A program made the translations under genes and the position numbers. This document shows, piece after piece, positions 27,823-35,865 of a stretch of DNA of 64,000 nt. The DNA comes from an uncultured bacterium (GTDB lineage Bacteria > Patescibacteriota > Minisyncoccia > Phycocordibacterales > UBA6065), in NCBI GenBank assembly GCA_963841935.1, contig CAWJEP010000001.1, forward strand, positions 10,487 through 74,486. The letters run 5' to 3'. Positions within the stretch are counted from its first letter, which is position 1, and every line of letters starts with the position of its first letter. The notes under the pieces were generated by a model. The model was not told the DNA's origin, ran no database searches, and was given only the letters and a program-made list of their open reading frames with translations.

Positions 27823-28323
27823 TCAAAGTTTCCTGTCTCGAATGCCTAGTTTGTATCCGACAAAGCAAAAAATGGGGTGAATGGCGAGTATCAAAAGGAC
27901 GCTCAATAAATAAGCGGAAAGCGTTATGTATCCCATGAAAAAAACTATGGCGCCGGTAAAAATTATGTAATTACCGTGGTCTACTACCGGCACATAACCG
28001 CCGTCGGGAACATGAAATCTTCTTTTTATGAAACTGCCGAGAATGTGGCCGAAAAAACAGCCGAAACCTATTATGATACCGACCGGGGAATAAAAAATCT
28101 GAATTAAAATTCCGACAAGAAGAGAAACTACCAGCCCCCACCATGTGGCGGATTTTCCGATAAGTCTCTCGCCCCAAAGACGGAGCCCTCCGTCGAACGG
28201 CGGATCAAAATTTTCCAAATGATAAAGTTTTTTGAAGGCTCCGAGAAAATTGTGGGACATATTCACCAGTCCGCAGAGAATGGCGAACCGTAAAGCTTCC
28301 ATGAATATAAAATAATTCATCAT
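27823..28323 (-). CDS. CTP-transferase-1 superfamily membrane protein, closest to CDP-archaeol synthase (CarS/DUF46) or short CdsA/dolichol-kinase-like enzymes
   Basis: The 166-aa product has GKSATWWG (compare G.GKTWEG/WRG), GHILGSFIKRR (compare GDL.ESFLKRR) and VVDHGNYIIFTG (compare LLDQLDFVIGA of CarS). About five TM helices. Confidence 0.5.
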   Translation of the reverse strand: MMNYFIFMEALRFAILCGLVNMSHNFLGAFKKLYHLENFDPPFDGGLRLWGERLIGKSATWWGLVVSLLVGILIQIFYSPVGIIIGFGCFFGHILGSFIKRRFHVPDGGYVPVVDHGNYIIFTGAIVFFMGYITLSAYLLSVLLILAIHPIFCFVGYKLGIRDRKL

Positions 28324-29721
28324 TTAATATGTGACCACGAAATTATTCACCGGAAAGGCTTCCACGGTATGAATTCCTCCGGCCAAAATCAGGAGTTCGC
28401 TCTCGACATCGACGATTCTCGGTATGCATATAAAATAATCAAAGGTCACGGCGTAATAATTCCATCCGTTTTTCTGTCCGAATAAATGGATGTCGGAAAT
28501 GTTCGCGAGACTGTGTGTCGCGGCCGGCTTCACGAGTGGCTCCTTGGAAACGACAAAAAGAGTGCTCGTGGCATTCACGCGCCAATTGTCACACACAACA
28601 TTGTCAAAAGATATCGGGAAACGATTTGTCGGGTCGCCGGTTTCTTTCGCTATATTTCCTATGGTCACGGGACTTGTCGTGGCGATGTCATAGAAATACA
28701 AATCCCCGATTTTTTCCAAAAATCTCCCCGGCGCGGACGCGTCATAAGTTCCAAGATAAACATTTTGATAAGCTATGGACGTCGTGTCGTAAGAAATGTC
28801 TCCTTCCGTTGAAACAAATACCGGGACTAAAAAACAAATACCCAAAAGCAAAACGGCGGTGGCGCCGAAGACGCGAAAGCGCGAGGCGCCTCTTTCCGCG
28901 AGAAAAAACCATCCGAAATACACGAGTTCCATGCCAAAAACATGTTCAAGATACACCGATACTTGAGTGTGACTTATGGCGCCGAAGGGATAGGCGATAA
29001 TAACGGCGATGGGCGTGACTAGAGAAAGAGCAACGGGGAAAATCCAGCCGCGGAAACTTTTAGGTGCGTAGCCGTAGCACATAACGAGCAGGATGAGAAA
29101 AGCCGGAATAGCTTCGGAGTTCAAAAGTCCTCCGTCGAAAATATTTTTCAAAAAAGAAAGCAGAGCGATGGCGAAAAGTATCTGGAGGCCGAATCTTTTT
29201 TTATTTTTCCCGACAAAATCGAACAGGAGCCATATTCCAAGGATAGACACGGTAAGACATCCGGCAAGTCCGACCCAGCCGACCCATGTCGGCAAAATAT
29301 TGAGGTACGCGAAACCAAAATCGGCTTTTGTCTCGAGCGCGAGCCGAAGCTGGGTCGGAAAAAAAGATGAAACCAGACCGAAAGGAAATTTCAAAACATG
29401 AGTGTGAAAGAAATGCGTCGTAGAAATATCCCTTTCCCCTATCGCTGACAGAACATAGTTCGCCGGAACGGCGAGCATTTTATAAAAGTAGAAAGTTACG
29501 CCAAGACCGAGAAGGAAAATCGCCGTCGAAACGATGAAAAATATATTTTTCAGGGGAAATTTCCGCGCGACAGGCGTTTCGACGGCGATTTTTTTTCGCC
29601 ACGCGATGATATTTACGACAGCCAAAAGCAGAATGGCGAAAAGAAAGAGAAAAACTTTCACGTCACTGCGACCCGCGGCGAAAAGGTCGGTAATAATGTG
29701 CAGAAAGAAGAAATAATTCAT
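28324..29721 (-). CDS. large polytopic membrane protein with a C-terminal extracytoplasmic domain (hypothetical; GT-C glycosyltransferase-like or sorting-enzyme-like)
   Basis: The 465-aa product has 10 or more TM helices followed by a soluble tail of about 150 aa. It is tightly coupled to the flanking genes. Confidence 0.55.
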   Translation of the reverse strand: MNYFFFLHIITDLFAAGRSDVKVFLFLFAILLLAVVNIIAWRKKIAVETPVARKFPLKNIFFIVSTAIFLLGLGVTFYFYKMLAVPANYVLSAIGERDISTTHFFHTHVLKFPFGLVSSFFPTQLRLALETKADFGFAYLNILPTWVGWVGLAGCLTVSILGIWLLFDFVGKNKKRFGLQILFAIALLSFLKNIFDGGLLNSEAIPAFLILLVMCYGYAPKSFRGWIFPVALSLVTPIAVIIAYPFGAISHTQVSVYLEHVFGMELVYFGWFFLAERGASRFRVFGATAVLLLGICFLVPVFVSTEGDISYDTTSIAYQNVYLGTYDASAPGRFLEKIGDLYFYDIATTSPVTIGNIAKETGDPTNRFPISFDNVVCDNWRVNATSTLFVVSKEPLVKPAATHSLANISDIHLFGQKNGWNYYAVTFDYFICIPRIVDVESELLILAGGIHTVEAFPVNNFVVTY

Positions 29722-29727
29722 CGAAAC

Positions 29728-31532
29728 TTATATCTCCTTAAAATTCGGATTGAAACTGTTTGGACTTACGGTGAGGTTAAATGTCGTGGATGTGTCGCCG
29801 CCGGAAGCGTCAAACGTCACATAGCAGGAATTGGTAAAGCCCGAAGGGAATTGTATTTGGATATTGAGACCGACATTTCCGGACGGCGCTCGATAATTAC
29901 CGGAACCGTCGTCGCTCATTACCGTGGAAGGACTTTGAGTGAATGCTCCGCCGTCAAAAGAGTAGCCGGAGGGATTCGGCTGGCAGGTGGTTGATTGAAC
30001 GGTCACAGTTACGGGAGAACTGAATCCTCCCGTAGGATTGACTTCCAGCGTGCTTACGTTCGTCGTGCCGCCTTCGTTGGCTACGAACTGTATGCTTGCC
30101 GAAGACGGGCCGGAAAGAGTAAAACCCGACGTGGGATTGTTGCCGTTACTACCGCCATTGTTACCGCCGTTGGTACCGCCGTTGGTACCGCCGTTGGTAC
30201 CCGTTCCAGTCTGACCCGATGGATAAGTGCACGGAGCGGTTCCCTCATAGTTGGTTGCGTTTGGATCTGTGCAAAGCTCCGAATATGTGCACGGTAGAGC
30301 GCCTCCGTAATTATTTGCGTTCGGGTCGACGCAAAGTTGCGCCGACGGATATGTGCACGGCGCGTAGCCGTCATAATTCGACGCGCTCGGGTCCGTGCAT
30401 TCCGCCGGACAAGAAGCCGTCGTGGAAATAACCGACCCGTCCCAACACGTCTGGGTTGTGGGATTTGTCGTGCACGACTGAGTGTTGCAATCCTGACTTT
30501 CCGAACTGCTTCCGGAACAAGTCGCGCCGCCGTTTGCCGGAGTGGGATTCGTGCAAGTTCTGGTCTGTGTTTGATTTCCGCCGCCACAAGTAGCAGAACA
30601 AGTTCCCCATCCAGACCAAGCCGACCAGCCACCGTTTACGGGACATACTTGGGTGTTGCAAGTTTGAGAACTGCTTCCGGAACAAGTCGCGCCGCCGTTT
30701 GCCGGAGTGGGATTCGTGCAAGTTCTGGTCTCCGTACCACCGCCGCAAGTTTCTGAACACGTTCCCCAACTTGACCAGCCGCCGTCGACTTTCGTGGGCG
30801 GAGTAACGCACGCTGGTTCAGTACATGTTTGAGTTTGCGTGCCTGTGCCGCTAGTATCTCCGGAGCAATCAGCACCGCCGTTTGCCGGAGCGGGATTCGT
30901 ACACGTTTTGGTCTGTGTACCGGTACCGCAAGTTACACTGCACGTTCCCCAAGCCGACCATTCGCCATTTACAGGACACGCTTGGGTATTGCAAATTTGA
31001 GATTCGGAACTGTCTCCGGAACAATCGGCTCCGCCGTTTGCCGGAGCAGGATTCGTGCAAGTTCGCGTCGCGGTTTGCGTGCCGCCACCGCAAGTGGCTG
31101 AACATGTTCCCCAACTTGACCAGTCGGACCAGCCGCCGTCCACCTTTTGTGGTGTCGGATTTGTTGAGGGACAATCGCTAAGAGCGCTTTGAGAGAACTC
31201 ATTCGTCACGCCGTCGGGACACGTCCAGTAACAAGGTTCTGTTCCGCGGTAGTTTGTTGCGGTGTGATCTAAACACGCGTTACCGCAAAATAGTCCGCAC
31301 TCGCCATTTGGATACGATGTTGTGGGGTCATTGGGACAAGTGCAGTCCGGGAGACTTCCGCCGCCTCCATAACCGCCACCGCCAAAAGGACCGCAGTTAA
31401 TGGCTGAGTTACTGCATGCGCCGCCATAATACCGCCAGATTCGCTCCCCACTTGGGCAAAAGCTAAATGAGAAGATAAAGAAAAAATCAGAGAGAAAATA
31501 AATATTCTTGATAAATATAATCTGGTATTCAT
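29728..31532 (-). CDS. secreted Cys-rich protein with four thrombospondin type-1 repeats; signal peptide in a different frame (frameshift near 31441-31457)
   Basis: There are four copies of W(S/T)[18 protein letters not shown]..RTCTNP.PANGGA.CSG....Q.CNTQ.CP (WSxW and CSVTCG motifs). Three C(T/V)DP.A.NY....PCTY repeats follow. Then comes a TNGG linker and a C-terminal domain ending [10 protein letters not shown]. The signal peptide [26 protein letters not shown] starts at ATG 31532-31530 in another frame, and the main frame is open upstream to about 31520. Confidence 0.7.
30370..31160. repeat. intragenic tandem repeats of about 165 bp (TSP1 modules)
   Basis: Two copies are near-identical: aactgcttccggaacaagtcgcgccgccgtttgccggagtgggattcgtgcaagttctggtct at 30504-30565 and again at 30669-30731. 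Two more diverged copies lie upstream. Confidence 0.7.
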
Positions 31533-31542
31533 ATTTTTATTT

Positions 31543-32949
31543 TTATATGTTTCCACTCATGGTCGGTGGTTGAGGCAAGGGCTTTTTCTTTTTTAACACA
31601 ACCACAATAGCCAAAATAACAAGAACGCCTGCGATTGCATAATATATGTACATCGTGGTGTTGGATGTCCATTGAGTCTTCGGTGACGGACACCTGTTCG
31701 CGTCACATATGTACAGAACGGATGAGGACGCGAGGATTGTCCCGTACTGGTCGGTAGTCTTTATGCTGAGAGTTAATGGTTCAAAAATATTTGTCGTGGG
31801 AGAAAAATGAATCTGGAAAGGATAGGATGAGGCGTTTCTTTCGGAGAAACCTCCGGACCAGACGCTCTTGCCAAGAGAATCAACAAGAGAAAGGTCAACC
31901 GTCGTCGTGGCCGCGGTGTTGGAGTAATTTTGGGTGAGGCATCCTGCCACGCTGTTTGAAACTCCAGCGGAAATTGGAAAATTGGAGAGGTAAAGCGAGC
32001 GGGCGCCCGGCTCCACGATGTCACTTCGACCTATGCGAAGAGAGAACATTGATTCTTTGTCGCCATCCTTTAGTTCTCCGACCAAAAGATATTTTGCGTG
32101 GACAAAATTGTTGTACGTGAAAGAAACGACACTATTTTTGTTCGGCGAAAGTTGAACGGAATCGGTTTCCGTGGCAACAAGCGCTGTGGGATTTATAAAA
32201 TTGCCGCTATATAGATACCAACCGACCGTGACATTATGAGAAGCGGTGTATGTATTCTCTACGCCAACTGAAGTAACCGCCGTCGGCACGGTAATTGTCG
32301 AAAGCATCTGCGTCATCGGCACAACGCCGTTCACTTTCATCGTCGGCAAATCAAAAAATGATGTTTGTTCTTCCGTTCCGGTAACGGCCAACGGATATGT
32401 GGCTAGCGGAATATTGAGATATTCGTTTCCTCCAATGGCAAATTGGTCGGAACCATTTAAAAACAAGTCAACTTGATATGGTCCGGTAACTAAATCTCGT
32501 GGCACGGGGTAATTGAAAGAAAATGACGCTGTTGCTTTGGGGTTTAGGTATATTCCCGTCAAAGGAATAATCCGGTCCACCGTGTCTGTCGCCATATCAT
32601 AGGAAGAACCGGATTTTTTTTGAAGTTTTACTACGCGAGCGACAAGAGTTAAGTCGGAAACCGGATAACTGTTGAGATTATCGATAGTGCCGGCAATAAT
32701 CACATTGCTACCGGCAGAGACTTTGGTATTACCCACAAGAAAACTCGCTCTAACGAGAGAGTTAGCCAAAAGACATGTCGAAGGGAAAATCAGTTGCGTC
32801 GGCGTGGTGGACGAAAACGAAATACCGGCTCCCAACTGAGAAACGTCGGCCGCCGAGACAAATTGAAAAGAAAGGAACGGTAGGAGAAAAAAAACAAAAG
32901 AAAATATAAGACGCCTAGAACTCATGCCGAAAAGTATACCAACTGACAT
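31543..32949 (-). CDS. type-I membrane surface protein (signal peptide, beta-rich ectodomain, C-terminal TM anchor plus KKKK stop-transfer)
   Basis: The 468-aa product ends with ...YYAIAGVLVILAIVVVLKKKKPLPQPP. It overlaps the downstream gene by 14 nt. Confidence 0.55.
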   Translation of the reverse strand: MSVGILFGMSSRRLIFSFVFFLLPFLSFQFVSAADVSQLGAGISFSSTTPTQLIFPSTCLLANSLVRASFLVGNTKVSAGSNVIIAGTIDNLNSYPVSDLTLVARVVKLQKKSGSSYDMATDTVDRIIPLTGIYLNPKATASFSFNYPVPRDLVTGPYQVDLFLNGSDQFAIGGNEYLNIPLATYPLAVTGTEEQTSFFDLPTMKVNGVVPMTQMLSTITVPTAVTSVGVENTYTASHNVTVGWYLYSGNFINPTALVATETDSVQLSPNKNSVVSFTYNNFVHAKYLLVGELKDGDKESMFSLRIGRSDIVEPGARSLYLSNFPISAGVSNSVAGCLTQNYSNTAATTTVDLSLVDSLGKSVWSGGFSERNASSYPFQIHFSPTTNIFEPLTLSIKTTDQYGTILASSSVLYICDANRCPSPKTQWTSNTTMYIYYAIAGVLVILAIVVVLKKKKPLPQPPTMSGNI

Positions 32950-33009
32950 GGAAATAAAAAGGGCTTCTCTTCGGTATTACTACCTTGGAGAAGCCCTTGA
33001 GAACTAATA

Positions 33010-34482
33010 CTACTCGTCATTGGAAGTCAGTCCTTTACTTGTCGATTGCCCTAGCACCTTCTTACGAATGCGTGCCAGTTCTGCGTAGACGATTGGTCTT
33101 AGAACATGAGCGCTCGCCGCTTCCTGAAGAAACAAACGAGCCGTTTCGTCCTTGCCAGCTTCCACATAGTAAAGACCAATAACGGACATGAGCGCCGGAT
33201 CGCGAGAACCGTCACTGTACGGCTTGAGCAGAATTGCCTCTGCTCGAGCGCCGTATAGCGGAATGTATGGCGACAACACCGAACTCTTGGCCATATATCC
33301 CATCTCCTTAACGATGAAGTTGCCCTGAATCCGAGCGCGAGTGACCGGGTCGGCATCCGATAGATGCAGTTCCGGAATCACGACCGAATCAACCTTCAAG
33401 AGGTTGAGTGGATTCTCCATCGCCTGCGGCAAATAGTCCGAAAGCTCTTTGGTCACATCGGCGAAACCCATGCCGAAACACTGCCTAAACAGTGCCTCGG
33501 TAGCAGGCTCGCGCGATGACTTGTCGACGAAATCCCACAGTGCCTTGCGGCGCGCGTGAGTCTCGTCTACAAATACCCAATACAAGAAAAGAGAGCCTTC
33601 GTAATGCCACAAGTCCAGCTGGTACTGCGACCCTTGCTGCGCCTCGCCGAACGGTCCGGTAAGGAAGCTTCCCATAGGTATGAGTGACGCCGGTTCGACT
33701 CTGTAGAGCTTGCCGTCGTCATCCTTGAATACCTTATAGCCTTGTGGATTTGGGGTTCCAGCGGTTACCGGAACATTAATCCTCGGCCAATACACCGATG
33801 GAATCGTCAGTGCCTCCTCGTCAGACCAGCGGATTTGCTGATAGAGAGAAAACACCGTCGACTGGAACCAGTAAGGAAGCGTAGGGATCCGACGCTCAAG
33901 CATGTTGAGCACATAGCCGATGGTTAGGCTGATGCCCCTGCGATCGCCATCATTTAGCTCGACCATCATCGTGGTGGATTCGGAATCCGTGAGACTGACT
34001 TGGGGAACCATGCCATAAAGCGATGATACCCTGCCGTTGGAGGTTACTCTCGAGGATCTTTCCGAAGACTCGGAATCTCCAACGGCTTTCACGATTTCCT
34101 TGCCCATCTTGTCTCCCATTTCTGGGGGGATGAGGATGAGTGTTATTGGCGCGGTGCGCTCGAACTGTAAACGCGACGGCAGAATCTCTTCCAACTCCGC
34201 TAGTCGTTGCGTAAACTGTCCGACAAACCACAGGGTCGTACTGTCGCTACACTTGGAGATGACTTCGAGGCCCGGAACAGATAAGTATGTCCAAGGCTTC
34301 GTCCCCTTCTGCGGATTTTCCTCCGTAACCATAAATGGCGGGAGATCTACCCTCTTACCTTCGCGAAACGCCTTGAGCTCTTGGTCGCTCCTGGCATCCG
34401 CGTTGATGTTCCTGACAAAGAGTCCGAGTGCGACGAATGCCGCAACAAGAACTCGAATCACTAACTTGTTGTTGAGATGCAT
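33010..34482 (-). CDS. secreted hypothetical protein (490 aa)
   Basis: It has a signal peptide and no recognisable family. It is the first gene of the minus-strand surface operon. Confidence 0.5.
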   Translation of the reverse strand: MHLNNKLVIRVLVAAFVALGLFVRNINADARSDQELKAFREGKRVDLPPFMVTEENPQKGTKPWTYLSVPGLEVISKCSDSTTLWFVGQFTQRLAELEEILPSRLQFERTAPITLILIPPEMGDKMGKEIVKAVGDSESSERSSRVTSNGRVSSLYGMVPQVSLTDSESTTMMVELNDGDRRGISLTIGYVLNMLERRIPTLPYWFQSTVFSLYQQIRWSDEEALTIPSVYWPRINVPVTAGTPNPQGYKVFKDDDGKLYRVEPASLIPMGSFLTGPFGEAQQGSQYQLDLWHYEGSLFLYWVFVDETHARRKALWDFVDKSSREPATEALFRQCFGMGFADVTKELSDYLPQAMENPLNLLKVDSVVIPELHLSDADPVTRARIQGNFIVKEMGYMAKSSVLSPYIPLYGARAEAILLKPYSDGSRDPALMSVIGLYYVEAGKDETARLFLQEAASAHVLRPIVYAELARIRKKVLGQSTSKGLTSNDE

Positions 34483-34698
34483 TTTTGTGCACTCCTTTCT
34501 GTTTTGATTGTTACTTTGTGTGTGAAACTGACAAAAATGTCAATGTACTATCACCTACATTATACTACAATGACTAGGCACTTGTCAACTACCCTAAAAA
34601 GTGTTCTGCTCATTGACTCCCCATTAGCCCCGTGGTAGGCTTATTTCGTTACAAGTTCGCCTCGCGGCGGACTTCTTTTATTAATAGACCACATATAT

Positions 34699-35847
34699 AT
34701 GTTATTCGACCTTAAAACAATCCATTCCGTCTTGGGACAACTCGAGGAGGAGCGTGGCATACCGAAAGAGAAAATCATCGAGGCAATCGAGGCGGCTCTC
34801 GCGACCGCGTACAAAAAAGAATACGGCAAGCGAGGCCAAATAGTGCGCGCCAAGTTTGATCTCACCACGGGTGCCACGGAATTTTATCAGGTGAAAGAAG
34901 TTGTCGACGATTCCAAGGTCGTGGTCATCGGCGAGGAAGAAGAAATGCCGGAACTCGCGGAAGGCGACGAACGCGAACGCTACAATCCGGAGAAACATAT
35001 TCTCATCGAAGACGCGCGCATGATGAAAAAAGGCGCGGGACTCGGCGAGGAAATAATCTTCCCGCTCGAAATGAAAGCTGATTTCGGCCGCATCGCCGCT
35101 CAAACGGCGAAACAAGTCATCATTCAGAAAATCCGCGAGGCCGAGCGCACTTCCGTCATCGGAGAATTCGGCAAACGAGAGGGCGACATTGTCACAGGCT
35201 CGGTAGAAAGAGTCGAGCGCGGCACGATATTCGTAAATATGGGCCGCGCCGTCGGTATTCTTCCTTTTGAAGAACAGATTCGCGGAGAACATTTCCGCCA
35301 AGGAGAAAGACTTCGCGCCTATCTTTATCGCGTGGAAGAAAATCCTCGCGGCGTCTTTCTCCGTCTCTCGCGTTCGCACCCGAAATTCTTGGAAAAACTT
35401 TTCGAAATGGAATCGCCGGAAGTGGCCAACGGCACGGTCGTAGTCAAAGCCGTCGCTCGCGAAGCCGGAAGTCGTTCAAAAATCGCCGCGGTCTCGACCG
35501 ACGAACACGTGGACCCCGTCGGCTCACTCGTCGGGGGCCGTGGCGTTCGAGTCTCGACCGTCATGAGCGAACTTCACGGAGAAAAAATAGATATTATCGA
35601 ATGGAGCGCCGACCCGAAAAAATTTATCGAGGACGCTTTGTCCCCGGCGAAAGTTCTAAAAGTCACGACCGACGAAGCCAGCAAAACCGCAATCGTCGAA
35701 GTCTCCGACGACGAGCAGTCGCTCGCCATTGGCCGTGGCGGACAAAATGTCCGCCTCGCCGCCAAGCTTACCGGCTGGAAAATAGATATTCGCGGTCAAG
35801 GAGGCAAACAGCTCGTTGGAGCGGAGGAAGTTGCGAAAGAAAATTAA
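34699..35847 (+). CDS. nusA: transcription termination/antitermination factor NusA
   Basis: The N-terminal domain is followed by S1 and two KH domains (...GKRGQIVRAKFD...GRAVGILPFEEQ...GGRGVRVSTVMSELHGEKIDII...IGRGGQNVRLAAKLTGWKIDI). Confidence 0.95.
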   Translation: MLFDLKTIHSVLGQLEEERGIPKEKIIEAIEAALATAYKKEYGKRGQIVRAKFDLTTGATEFYQVKEVVDDSKVVVIGEEEEMPELAEGDERERYNPEKHILIEDARMMKKGAGLGEEIIFPLEMKADFGRIAAQTAKQVIIQKIREAERTSVIGEFGKREGDIVTGSVERVERGTIFVNMGRAVGILPFEEQIRGEHFRQGERLRAYLYRVEENPRGVFLRLSRSHPKFLEKLFEMESPEVANGTVVVKAVAREAGSRSKIAAVSTDEHVDPVGSLVGGRGVRVSTVMSELHGEKIDIIEWSADPKKFIEDALSPAKVLKVTTDEASKTAIVEVSDDEQSLAIGRGGQNVRLAAKLTGWKIDIRGQGGKQLVGAEEVAKEN

Positions 35848-35865
35848 TCGAATAATATTTAGCGT

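Noticed and set aside
33010-34620. Suspected compositional anomaly of the first operon gene and its leader
   Set aside because: The GC difference is not obvious enough by eye to call horizontal transfer without calculation.
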